Assembly: GCF_000143415.4 (NCBI RefSeq)
Contig: NW_003314307.1
Location: forward strand, 1,447,928 to 1,511,927
DNA length: 64,000 bases
Source: Selaginella moellendorffii
Lineage: Eukaryota > Plantae > Lycopodiophyta
Reading direction: 5' to 3'
Position numbers and translations under genes: made by a program. Shown here piece after piece: positions 13,610 to 26,320 of this stretch. The notes beneath the pieces are model-generated. The model did not search any database. It saw only the letters and a list, made by a program, of their open reading frames with translations, and was not told the origin of the DNA. The first letter of the stretch is position 1. Each line of letters starts with the position of its first letter.

Positions 13610-16600
13610 TCGAGAGGTCGAGAGCGGGTACTGAGCTAAGTACTGACCTGAAAGACTAGACCTGAAAAGACTATAAACAACAAGGACATGAAGACAATAT
13701 TGACAAATAAAGATTAAATGTTGAAGATGGGATGAAGTTGAACAATCCATCCAAAAGTTAACATTGTAAAAGCAACAATTTTACAACAACACAACATTTA
13801 TTAAAGTCTATAATCTGAGTCTCAATTCTTAACCAATAAATGCTAAAACTGTGTGACAAAAACTTATAGTAGCATATGAAGACTATTTAAGAGTTGCTAA
13901 TGAACTAAAAAAGGTATCATATAAATTGATAGGAATTTTTAAAAAATTACTAAATAAATTACTGCCTTCAGCCGAGCAAATATCTCAGTCTGTTGAGATA
14001 TATAATTCTACTTATAGCTAAGTGTTCAATGGGTTACAAAAACAAGGACTATGAGTGGTTTATTGTCTAACTAGATGCAAGTATTTTTCATCATGATTAT
14101 GTTTCAGAGAGACTTGGCATGTCAATAAACTTTTTTCATATAGTTTTGTTAAGGATGGTTATATTTATTTAGACAGATTTCACAAAAGGTTTAAGCTCAA
14201 GATAGATAACATGGTATTCAGACTCCATCCTAACGTTAATGTTCTTGTAGTCAACAATGCCCCTAATAAATGTCACAAACTGAGATATTTTATATATTTG
14301 CATCCTCTCTTATTCAATCCCACCAAACCATATGATATGCTACAAATTAAAGGGGATAAACTTGAAACTTTACATGCATGATATTTTGGAGAAAATGTTG
14401 GACATAAAGATTATTTATTGAAACCTTTTTAATCGGGTGATATAAGTCAAATTGAATTATTGGCAAGGATAATCTTCATTAAGGTCAAATGAAGCTATAA
14501 TTTTTCATTTATAGATACCAAAAAAAAGAAAGCATCACATTTTATTTTAGACATCCTCATATATTTCAATATAAAACTTTAGATACCATAAGGAAAAAAC
14601 ATTACATTTTATTTTAAACATTGTCATATATTTAAATATAGACAAGTTCTTTAATGATTACTACTATAAATGGAGTGTAGTGTAGAAGTGGTAAGGGAGT
14701 ATGATATAGTGATACTTTATTAAAACAATATTAACATATAATTTCAGAACACACAAATTATGGCATTTTCTATATTAAAAATAATATTTTCTTAATTAAT
14801 ATTACTTAGCTAGTTAGACAAGATTAAGCTAATTTAATGTAAAACCTAGTAAATTGATGATTAAAATAATAAGTGAGACCTTCAAACATAGATTTTTAAA
14901 TTTGAATTTTTATGAATATTATATAAACTGAGTACCAAAGTTCAAATTCATATATTAAGATTAGATCAAAACATTCTTTACAATTAGAATATTCTCTAAG
15001 GTGATAGATGAAAGTAAAAAAATTATTAAAAAAAATTATTAGTAAATATTCTTTATTAAACCTATAATTGTTTTCCACATGGCAAATGTTCGAACACTTC
15101 ACTAAATTTCAATCAATGTGTGCCCTAAATTTTTTCAGTTGTTAAATTTTAAACACATGGCCTTCCACATTGGCCAATGGCCGAACACTTAGTTAAATTT
15201 TAGTAATTCCAATATATTGCAATGCATATAACTCATAGATAAAGAAACTTTTTCTTTTTTATTTTATTAAGATTAAATGTTTTATTTTAAGAGTTATTTT
15301 TTTGTTTTTCTCTGTTTAGTAAAAAGAGTTATTTTGGACTACTAGAAGCTTTCCTTTTACCTTAATCTTTTCCACCAAAGGTTTTACCTCTACAAGGATA
15401 TATTATAATTATTAATACTGTTGAAATTCTATTGCTGAATGAATAGAATTAATTGCAACCTATTGTTGTATCATTTCCAAGTTGTTGTTAACTATGGATA
15501 GAAAAACTTCTTTATCAATTTTGTTTATAAGATATTTACCATTTTTTGTTATAAAATCATTTTGTAACTTTTGATGGAAGGATAATTTGAGTGATATCTT
15601 CCTTCTCCATTTCATATCTAAACTTTATTCAATGTAAATTACTTTTATTGCAATCTTTAATAATTTTTTGCTAATGCTACACATTTCAATGGATATCTTC
15701 ATACTCAAAGCTCATATATTAGTATATAAAATATATTATTTGACCTCTATTATAGTCTTTAATTGGATTTCCTGCTCATAATAAATACTTTGATGGATAA
15801 TTTCCTACTCAAATTTATATACATATTTCAAAATTTTAATTATTAAGTGAGTTATCTTTGTCATAACTTCTAAATGAAGTGCTTCAAAATTTGGTGGACA
15901 ATAAGATCATCTGATCTAGGTTCTAAGATTGCATGTAAGTGTGAGAGGAGCCTTATAATTGGTTATAATCAAGTCAATTTATACTCCTTGTTTCAATATA
16001 GTAACTTTTTTCTGGTGTTTAGAAATGTTTTCTTTTGTTGCTTATGGACAATTATACCACCTCAAAAAAGCCTAATAACTTTTTATTTCAACTTTGATGA
16101 CAAGATATTATATAGCTTGATCTGAAGAAAACTATATATAGGATTTATAAACATTTTTCTATTGAATTTACTTGAGACTTGTTAATGTTTCTCACTTTAA
16201 CAATCACACCATCAATTAGTTTTTCATATTCATGGTTTTGAATAAAACCATGATTTTTTTAATAACTAGTAAATTAATACCTTTCATGAACTTTAATAGT
16301 AAGTTGGTGAACTATCTAATCATCCTTTGATGGCGAGTATATTTTTTTCCAAATAAAAGTGTATTTTTTATATTGGCATAAAATACCTCAATCAAACTAT
16401 TTTTTATCTTGTTAGCATGAGGGAAATTCCATGTAGCAAAAACCTATATATCTATTACATAAAAAAAATATATAAAATTCAAAATATTGATTCACTTACT
16501 AAAATACTTAATAAATGCTTCTTTATTTTAAAAATATACCTCAATGCTTGATAATATTTTTAATCTCAGTTTGTATAATATTATCATCATAAAACGTTGT

Positions 16601-19600
16601 TTGAATTGAATGATATATAATATTTCCAAAATATTTCCATATTTCCATCATAATTTTCCATAATTTCACCTTAAAAATAATATATTTTGAGTCAGTTACT
16701 CTTTATTTGCCAAGTATATAATAGAATTTAGAAATTGAATGTAGCTCTATTTGAAAGCATAAAAAATTATATCATAGCATATTAAATTAATTACTTTATA
16801 GGATTAATCTCTGTTTCAGCATCATCAATCAATCACACATAGTTAATAATCTGGTATATGTTATAAAACTTGATTCTTAACAGTTATCATCCAATTCTTC
16901 ATATTTTCTCTTTTCTCACTCAAAGTTAAAACCCTTCAATTAAAATACTATTTCCAAGATAATCAAAAGTAAACATGAGAACTATAAATTATTAAAGATT
17001 ATTCACTTTAAAATAAACAAAAGCTTTATTTTATATTGATGAGTTCCAAAAGCTGTATCAAAGGCTACAATGAACGAAGTGATGCAATTTAGTCCCAAAG
17101 CATAGAAGAAAGAAATGGATCACATACTTGAGGGCATGAAGAAGTAGATGAAAAACAACACTATAACCTTTACAAAGTTCACCATCTTTTGGAACTATTA
17201 GATAATTTGAATCTCAAAAGTAAGATAATTTTTACCTCAATCACCTTTTTGATGGAGAAACACTTCCTCAGGATTTGTGTTCTTCCAAATATATACACTC
17301 TGTGCATCCTTGCATCAATTTTTATGTAGTTAATAAGTTAATGGCAAATACTTTTTATATAGATTGTTAATATCCTACATAGTTAGAAAATCATTTTAAC
17401 AAGAAGGTTTACCAATTGATTTATTCCTTCTCACAATTAGTATATGCTTATTTTAAATCTAATTTGATATGAAATCTCATTGGATTATATGAATCACCCA
17501 ATATCAAATATCTACTTATGTTAACCATGACAAGAAATCTCAATATATAGTCTGCATATAATCAAACCATTCATAAATTGTTTGACCAAAAAATTGCAAA
17601 AGCAACACCAGACCTAGTCTACTTCTAAGTTCTAACTTTTGTGTAAATTCAGCAAGTGTAGTAGATGTTTCTATATTCATTATGTCAAGAAACTAGTAAT
17701 TATATTTTGTTATTAAGAAATTACCTGATTAACTTTGATTAGTTAGTATTATGATTTTTGTTGGACAAAAATGTCATTTTCATGGAATTCTTGCACCTCA
17801 TCAATTCATAGTGGATCTTAAATGATTTTCTTGAATTAATATGAAGTTAAATTGATTTTTTACTTGATGTACTACTGTTATACTTGAATTATTTAGGTCA
17901 ATTAGCATGATGAAATTTAGGGAAGTATTGGATGGCTAAATGGCCACTAACTATATGGATGCACACTGGATGTAATCGAACATGCTGGTGGGCAGGTGGG
18001 AGTGCATGTGGGAGCCGCAGGCAGGTGAGCACGCGGGTGGGATTTTAGTGTCTGACAAGATTATGCAAACAAGTTTGCAAGCTTTTTTTTTTTTCTTCTT
18101 TACCCCCATTGTAAATAAATAGTCATTCAACTGTTGTGTGGACTCTTTAGTGGCACTCCCTCTCTTTGTATCAGATTTTCGTTGTAGTTTGGAACCCTCA
18201 AGTTTTATAACTATAATTTTCCAAACAAAAATTAAATAATATTAATATCATTACCAATAATTAACACAATCATCAATTAATCATAAATCAATCAAAATTC
18301 ACTAATTGATCAATTCAACTAAAGTAGTATCATACTTACCATAAAATTCCTTGTGAAATCTAAAGTGTCTTGTAGTGCTTAAAGTTTGCTATCCATCCAA
18401 CAACTATAAGCCCTATCCAATACCTCTCCCTCAGCATCAAAAAAACTCACCTTGTAATCCCAGAAACTTATAGGAATACCTAAGTCTCATTCTATAGAAG
18501 GAAACCTAGAGATGGAACTGAGAGACCAAAGCTTTCATGGCCTTAACTTCTCATATTGTTCCTTGAAACAATGCTAGGGAACAAATGTAGTGGAGTTAAA
18601 ATATATAGATTTTAAGCTTTCCAATACATTTGCATAAATTTCTTGAAATAAAAATATTTCACTTTAGTCCTTGATCATATTTTAACCCTCAAGAAACATT
18701 CCACCACGCTCACAGCCTCTGCTTTCAGGAAAACTTGACGTAATAAGGCCCAATAGAGGATCATAGTATCCAACTATGAAGCCTGCATAAACACCAATCA
18801 TCATTGCATATGTTGAATACAGCATCCGTATGTCTAGGTATGAAGATAAAAAATGCTATCATTCATACAGATACATCTTCTCAGACTGTTAATTTGGTTT
18901 CTGGACCTCTCAAGTTCGGGAAGAAAGCTCCAGAGGCTGAGAGATGGAAACGATGAGCTAGAAGATGGGAAAGAGAACGAAGATGGCGATGGAGGCTAGC
19001 CAAGGTCACAAGATCAAGTAAAAAGCATATTCCATTCTAGGAAATCCACAGATTTTTCCCTAGATTGTCTGGTAGACTCCAACTGAGACTCCTTGTGAAA
19101 CTAAAAATATACTGCCCCATAGACCTGGAACAAACCTCCTCAAATGCTGGAATTTAACATCAACCTGGGTAGTAGGATCGATCCTCAACTGAAGACCAAA
19201 GGGCTACCTATACGTTCTTGAAGTTTGCTTGCCATCCAACAACTATAAACTCTGTCCAATACCTCTCCCTCAGCGTCATGGAAACTCTCCAGTAAAATCT
19301 TGTACTCCCAGACGATTCTTAGATACTTGTACACCTCAGAATGGGATCATACTGAGAACAAATGTAGTGATCATATGAGCGTAGTGGAATAGCTTGAATT
19401 TTGACGCAATAAGACCTAACAAAGGATGTTAGACACTATCATTGCATATGATGCACCAGCAGCTTGATCTCTGTTGTATCAAAGGCTATCAAGCAAAAGA
19501 AAGAACCAGGAGAGACTATGAACACTCGGATCTGGTTTTTGGCAAACCTGGGCATATAACGCGACTGTGCTCTAATAAAAAACCAATGTCCAGTGTTCCT

Positions 19601-19634
19601 TTTAGGAATGTCAAAAACGCCTTTCCAAGACCCC

Positions 19635-19696
19635 AAACCCTAAAATTTTGTTTGTTTTGACCGGGGAATCGAACGGCTGGTTGGTGCTTCCACGTG
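19635..19696 (+). promoter_or_regulatory. Telo-box (AAACCCTAA) and G-box (CACGTG) upstream of the peroxiredoxin
   Basis: AAACCCTAA at 19635-19643 and CACGTG at 19691-19696, about 100-160 bp before the ATG; motif match only. Confidence 0.35.
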
Positions 19697-19798
19697 GCGC
19701 AACCTGTGCCGTCAGCTCCCCCAGTGTGGACTCTACATAGCTGAGGTGAGGATAACCCCTGAGGAGAGAGAGAGAGAGTGAGGTTTTTGGCGAGAGGA

Positions 19799-20999
19799 AT
19801 GGCTATGGCGACTGCTGGAGCAGCAGCATTCGCAGCGACTGGCCACGTCGTGGGAGGAGGAGCCACCTCCTCGTCCTCGTCTGCCGCCTCCGCTGCTCCA
19901 TGCCGATCGTCCCTCTTCAAGGCATTCGACGCGAGGCTAGGAGCGTCCAAGATTTCCCACCTCCGCCGCCCCGCCGCGCGGATCCAACCTAGGAGAGCTT
20001 TCAGGAGCCTGGCTGCTAGCGCGGTGAGTCTAGCACTTTTCCATGGAGATTTCGACGCCTGCATTGTGGATTTTCCTCTTTTCTAGAGCTTGGATGTTCC
20101 ATTGGTGGGAAACAAGGCTCCGGATTTCGAGGCCGAGTCGGTCTTCGATCAGGAATTCATCAAGGTATTCACGAGGAAAATGAAAGGTTCCTCTTTGCTG
20201 TGTTCTTATCTCTCCCATGTCTTCGCCGCAGGTCAAGCTTTCGGACTACTTGGGCAAGAAGTACGTCGTTTTGTTCTTCTATCCTTTGGACTTCACGTTC
20301 GTTTGCCCGACAGGTTGGTCGGTGACAATTGTGTTGGTTGGAAGATTTCTCCTAACTTTTTCTTTTCCTCCTGCTAGAAATCACCGCTTTCAGCGATCGT
20401 TACTCAGAATTTGAGAAGATCAACACGGAAGTGCTCGGAGTCTCTGTTGACAGTGTGGTACGTGGAACTTTTCTCTTTAATTTTCTTTGCTCTCTGGCTA
20501 ACAAAAGGATGCTCTTGCAGTTTTCCCATCTGGCTTGGGTTCAAACCGAGAGAAAGTCGGGCGGCCTAGGCGATTTGCGCTATCCCCTTGTTTCAGACAT
20601 CTCCAAGTCGATCTCCAAGGCTTACAACGTACTCATCCCCGATCAGGTTCGTGACAAACTCCGTGTATACTTTGCGCAGATGACGTTCTCTGTGTGTCCA
20701 GGGAATTGCCCTCCGAGGCCTCTTCATCATTGACAAAGAAGGGATCATCCAACACGCTACCGTTAACAACCTTGCGATTGGAAGGAGTGTAGACGAGACC
20801 TTGAGAACGCTTCAGGTGACGAAAGCTCGGCTGAATGCGAGTTTTAAGTTTTGATCTTTTTCTTCATTGTTTCTTCTAGGCGGTCCAATACGTCCAGGAC
20901 AATCCAGACGAGGTGTGCCCCGCCGGATGGAAGCCTGGCGACAAGTCAATGAAGCCCGATCCAAAGCTGAGCAAGGACTACTTCGCTGCTATAGCTTGA
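19799..20999 (+). CDS. BAS1: Chloroplast 2-Cys peroxiredoxin (multi-exon)
   Basis: Transit peptide; [53 protein letters not shown]; ends DYFAAIA-TGA. Confidence 0.97.
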
Positions 21000-21164
21000 G
21001 CTCCCATGAGGCTCAAATAAACAGGTTTGTTTCGGTGGAATGCTCCCATGCAAGGAGATCTCGAGAGGCAAAAAGGGAGTTTTTGGTTTCTACATATTTG
21101 CAAGCTTACAAGATCACGACGTTGAATGCAGTGGAAGCGTCGTTTGCTCTAGTTCCTCGCTCTG

Positions 21165-21718
21165 CTAGATTTGTTTCTTGGCTTTGCCACTCCTGGGCTT
21201 GCCGGTGTTCACGTCCACCCCAAAAGCGCCGAGGCGTGCCGACAGCTTCGCGATCTCGCGCACTGCGCCATCACTCACCGTGCTCTTGTCGCTCTCCAGC
21301 TCCTCAAACGCCGCCTCGAACGCATCCTGCCAGAAGCTGCCACTGCTCTTGTCCTCCTTGCTGCCGAAACGGTAGCCACTCCAGGCATGCCGCACAATCT
21401 TCTCTCGCATCTCCGCCTCCTGCCAAGATCCAAGCCTACATTGTCGATCCAAGCCAGCCACCACCACCCAAGACAAAGCAAACCCACCAGTGGATCCACA
21501 CTCGCCAATTCGTCCTCGTCGCCACCTCCTCCATGGTAGTGATCCATGGCCGCCAACAAGAAGCGGCTCGTCTGCGTGTGTGCTGCGGCGGACCATTTCC
21601 TGGCCAGGCCCAGCCCCGCGCTCCCCGACAGCATCGACCACACCGCCAGCAGCAGGATGATCGCCACTGCCCACGCCTTGTAGCCGTGGTTCCTCGTCCA
21701 CCACCCCACCTCCTTCAT
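21165..21718 (-). CDS. DUF1195-family small membrane protein (2 exons)
   Basis: YKAWAVAIILLLAVWSML TM segment, EMREKIVRHAW, FWQDAFEAAFEEL, AVREIAKLS. Confidence 0.8.
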
Positions 21719-21807
21719 CGCTTCTCCTTTCCCCTGTAACCTATCTCTTCTCTCTCACGCGTCGAAAACTTACATATATTCACATCCTCCACAACACAAA
21801 ACTTTCA

Positions 21808-24429
21808 CTATCTTCGTTCGCCACCACCGCTGCCGCCACCACTTCCAGGACCGCCTCTAGTCTTGCCTTCGAACAGCTCGCCCAGCAAGCGATCCAAGTC
21901 GTCCGCCGTGTACTTGATGTACCTCTGCGTGTTCTTCCCATTCTCCAAAATGGCACTGCATTGCAGAGCATCCGTATCTTCCCTCGTGAACAAAACAAAA
22001 GAAAAAAATACCTGTAGCGTTTGATGAAACTCCGGTATGCTGGGAGTAGCACCTCGGCGACAGCCAGCCGCACCGCATCTCGCAGCTCCGCGTCTGGAAT
22101 GGTCCATTGGGACTGCCGTTGATGAAGCTCCTCGAACAAAATGTTGAAGTTTTTGAACCTGTGTGAACTCTCACCTTGACAACAAATAACAAGAAAGAAA
22201 ACCACTCACAAACCTTTCTTTCAGCACGGCTCTGGATATCCCACTGCTGGTTCCGTCAGGAGCTCCTCCCGTACTCATCCCGCTGCCTCCCGAAGAGGAC
22301 GACAATCCCTGGCCACTGAGGTATTGAAGTAGCTGCAATACCCAGCCAAGTTCGCTTCAAGCAAGCCAGGAGAAAAAAACCAATACCTTTCCCCACGCTG
22401 TGCGCTGATATGCCTGAGCATGCTGCTGGACGATGCGGCGATGCCTTTGAATCCAGTCATCCCCGAGAAGGTCTTTAGCCTCCGACCTGCAGAGAGGTAT
22501 GACTTTTAGCTCCCAAGGCTTGCTTGCTTGCTTGCTTGCTTATACCTTCGCACGGATTTAACCATGTAATGGATGTTGTTCATGAGAAAGATATGCGTCA
22601 GAGCAGGGTCCTTGTACTGCTTCGCCTTAGAGTCAAGATTGTTCTGTAAAACGACCATAATTTTCGATGTCGCTGCTGCCAACCGGGAACTCGACACATC
22701 CTTGTCCTCCTCATCAAAGAGTTGCCTCAATGTGATTTGGTAGCTGCTCGAAACCACAGGAGACAAACAAACAGCAAGTTATGTCCAGCTACCAGAGGCA
22801 GATTAACCACTTACTCAAAGAGAAACTTGACATAGTTAATGACGTAACTCGTAAGCGGGTGGACCGTACCATCCTGGACAGCAGTTTTTGTTGCGTCTTT
22901 CTCCACAGCATCCAGAAAATCATCAAAGGTATCACGAGCAGTTTGTGCTAGCTTCTGAGTGAGACCAGCAGCTGCATCACGAACAGAAGCTGATGTCTCC
23001 CCTGCGAACATTGTTTTCATCTGCACAGCGCAGCCAATTAAGAAACCAGAGACGAGATGAGATACCTCCGGCAGAAGATCATGCATAGTCTCGAACATGT
23101 CCAGGAGCACAAAGAGCTTCTCAGGGGACTTTTTGCTCCTAGCAATGGCTTCGCCGGTGCTGCTCAGCACGCTGAAGCTGTTCTGAGTGATGTCTGCAAA
23201 ACAAGCCTCTCTGTAAGGATCTAGGCCATCGAAGACTTGATTGCAGAGCTTCCATTCCGCTGCAAAGAGGAGTTTGACCTGTGTTTTTATCCTTCTCTTA
23301 TGTTAAAGCGCAACAAAAATCTTCTCTCTCTATGGAAGAAAAAAATAAAAATGGAGACAAAAGAGAAAGCATGACTTACAGCAGCGCGCATGTGTTGGAT
23401 CCAGTTACCAATCTTTCCCTCCAGCACCTCCCACTGTAGCTTTTGGACGTCTTCTCGCGTGAGCTTCTCCACTCCTAGCTTACGGAGGCTCTGCTCCAAT
23501 ACAGATGCTCTCGCGTCTCTGCAAGGCAAAAACGAAGTCATGACGTAACAGTTTTCCCTTAGACCAAACCTGTAGGTTTTCAAGCATTGCTGGTGGTGAC
23601 CAGAGCCGATCATGCGCTCAGCGATATCGTGCAACTGAGGGACAATCCTGGGGGGAAGTAGCATCGGAAGCACAACCGCATCGTTGGTGGTGGCAGGAGC
23701 ATCAGGTGTAGAATTGTCATGGTGCGCTGGGGCAGTCTTGGGCAAGGATTCCAAGAGCCGTGCTGGTTCCACCGGCTTGCTGCACAGAGGGAGCCAAGAT
23801 GAGATGAGAAACGAGAATGAGAGAAACCAAAACCCGTGTCTTACCCGTGCTGGGAGAGGACAAGTTTGAGCTCTCCATTTAGCTTCTCCATGGCTTTGGA
23901 AAGAAGCGTACGTGCATGGGTGAGCGCAGCGTCGTCATTCTTAAAGCTGCGATTGTAAGTAAAGAACTCGATGTTACGCTTGATCTCATCCACGGCCGCG
24001 ACGTAGCCTCCCAGATCCTCGCGAGGCCCTTTGAGGATCTTGGTTTCCACCTGACAGATAAACAGTGATTCTCTTTTCACTTCTCTCTCCTTGGAAAATG
24101 TCTTACCTGCCGCGACACATCAAAGCGCGTGAGAATCGCTTGAGCCGCCTTGAGCGTCTTGTCGATGTTGTGGTGGACAGTCCTGTACGAGTGCGTGCGC
24201 AGCTAGCGAGAGATCACGATGAGGAGGAATCGAGAGAGAGAGAGAGAGAGAGACGTTTCGATGAGAAATTTCTTACCTGCGTGGGGCGCATGGCGGATTC
24301 CAGGCCCGACAGCCGCGCATCGAACGATCCCAGGATGCTCATCACGCTCTGCGTCACACTCTGGCTCCTGTGAAGGCTGTCGCGCAGCAGCAGCGCCGTC
24401 GCCGCCAGGGCGTCGCCATCCATCGCCAT
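21808..24429 (-). CDS. EXO70A: Exocyst subunit Exo70 (A clade), multi-exon
   Basis: SILGSFDARLSGLESAMRPTQ, SPEKLFVLLDM, DGTVHPLTSYVINY, IFLMNNIHYM, QSQWTIPDAELR, YIKYTADDL. Confidence 0.96.
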
Positions 24430-24523
24430 TCCCCTGTTCTCCCCTAACCTAGATAGGGTTTATTTGGAGCCAAGGGAAGAAAAGGTACTACCAAGAAAAA
24501 AAGAGGAGTGGGAGCACTCATGG

Positions 24524-26209
24524 ATGAAGATGGACACAGTTGCGCTCCAGGCCATGATCCGGAGCTGTGGCCACGCCAAGGATTTGGCGCAAGCGCGCCG
24601 GCTCCACGCCTTGGTCGTCCAGCAGCACCAAAATCAAGATCACCAGCAGCAAGTGCGCTTCCACTTGAACCTCCTCATGGAAATGTATGGCAAGTGTGGA
24701 AGCGCCGACGATGCGGCGGCCATCTTCTCGACCCTGCCTCGCCCCAATCTCTTCTCCTGGACAATCCTCCTCACGGCATTTGCCAGAAACGGGCATGTCC
24801 TGCAGGCGCGAGAGGTGTTTGACGCAATGCCCAGGCGCGACATTGTGGCCTGGAACGCGCTTCTTGCAGCATCTTCGTCTACAGATCGCCTTGAACAAGC
24901 TGAGAAAGTTCACTCGAAAATGCCGCATTGGAACGCATCTTCATGGAATGCCCTCGTTGCAGCAAATGCCGAGGCTGGGCATTTGTCTCAGGCAGCAAAG
25001 CTGCTCCACGCTATGCCCCAGCCGAACACGATCTCCTGGACAGTTATGATGGGAGCCTACGCGCGCGCCGGGATAACGGATCTCTCTGTGGCCATCTTTG
25101 ACGAGTGCATTCCCTCGGGGCGCGACGTGGTGGCCTGGAACGCACTGGTAATGGCATATGCCGCGGCGGGGCAAGACGGGCATGCCGCGCGGACCTTCGG
25201 CTGCATGCCGTGGCACGACCAGGTGGCCTGCAACGTCATGCTGCACGCCCACTGCGCGGCGGGCAGGATGGGCGACGCCGCGCGCTTCTTCCACACGGCC
25301 ATGCTGACGCACGACACGGTGTCGTGGAACGTGCTGCTGCACGGGTATGTGCGGCTGGGTCAGCTGGAGGATGCCCAGCGGGTGTTTGACGCCACGCCGC
25401 GCAAGGACGCCGCGTCATGGACCGCCATGCTTACCGCCTACGGCTCTGCGGGGCGCGTGGATACCGCACGGCGTCTGTTCGACGCCATACCGCGCGGCAC
25501 GCGGACTGTCATCACCTGGAACTCGATGCTCGGCTTCTTTGCCGACAACGTCGCCACCTTCACGTCCTTCCGCCAGAGGATGCCCGCTTGGGATACAACC
25601 ACTTGGAACGTCACTGTGGCTGCGCTTGCTCGCGCTGGACAGCTCCAACAAGCAATGGAAATGTTTGAATCGACACCACAAAAGAACCAGCTCTCTTGGA
25701 ATGCTGTTGTTGCAGCAAATGCCCAAGCCGGGCATCTGAATAAAGCCGAACAGTTTTTGGCTCTCGCCCCGGCTCCCACTACTAACACCTGGAATGGCCT
25801 TATTGCCGGCTATGCCCGCCACAGCCACACCACTACCGCGTTCCACCGCTTCCGTGACATGCTACTGTGCGGCATACCGCCCGATAACATTACCTTTGTG
25901 TGCTTGCTGGTGGCATGCAGCCACGTCGGGCTTACCGCCGCGGCATGCCGGCTCTTCCGCTCCATGCAAACCGACTGGCAAATCACTCCCACGCCCGACC
26001 ACCACAGCTGCATTGTCGATAGCATCGCGCGATCCGGCCAGCTTGTGCTCGCACAAGAACTTGTCGAGTCACTCCCGCAGTATCGCCCATCAGTCGTCTC
26101 GCTTGTATCCGCCACGGCCATGCATTGTGACGACAAAGTCTTACAGGGCGTCTTGTCACGCTCCGCTTTCTCTCCTATCTCCTATTATTCAACATATATG
26201 TCAGTATGA
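24524..26209 (+). CDS. PLS-class pentatricopeptide repeat protein with partial E region, intronless
   Basis: NLLMEMYGKCGS, repeated D..SWN/WT..L.A units, PDNITFVCLLVACSHVG, PDHHSCIVDSIARSG; no DYW domain. First ATG at 24524. Confidence 0.93.
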   Translation: MKMDTVALQAMIRSCGHAKDLAQARRLHALVVQQHQNQDHQQQVRFHLNLLMEMYGKCGSADDAAAIFSTLPRPNLFSWTILLTAFARNGHVLQAREVFDAMPRRDIVAWNALLAASSSTDRLEQAEKVHSKMPHWNASSWNALVAANAEAGHLSQAAKLLHAMPQPNTISWTVMMGAYARAGITDLSVAIFDECIPSGRDVVAWNALVMAYAAAGQDGHAARTFGCMPWHDQVACNVMLHAHCAAGRMGDAARFFHTAMLTHDTVSWNVLLHGYVRLGQLEDAQRVFDATPRKDAASWTAMLTAYGSAGRVDTARRLFDAIPRGTRTVITWNSMLGFFADNVATFTSFRQRMPAWDTTTWNVTVAALARAGQLQQAMEMFESTPQKNQLSWNAVVAANAQAGHLNKAEQFLALAPAPTTNTWNGLIAGYARHSHTTTAFHRFRDMLLCGIPPDNITFVCLLVACSHVGLTAAACRLFRSMQTDWQITPTPDHHSCIVDSIARSGQLVLAQELVESLPQYRPSVVSLVSATAMHCDDKVLQGVLSRSAFSPISYYSTYMSV

Positions 26210-26320
26210 TAATTGTCCAAACGCTACAAACCACCATAGCTGTGCTAGCTAGCTCACTAGCATCACTGGAAATATATCCACATTCCACTACTATCGCGTC
26301 GCTCACTCGATCGATCGCCT

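Noticed and set aside
14000-17900. AT-rich region that may be a decayed LINE or other TE
   Set aside because: No convincing motif could be read, so left unannotated.
20867-21739. 290-aa plus-strand ORF
   Set aside because: Shadow of the peroxiredoxin last exon and the antisense DUF1195 gene.
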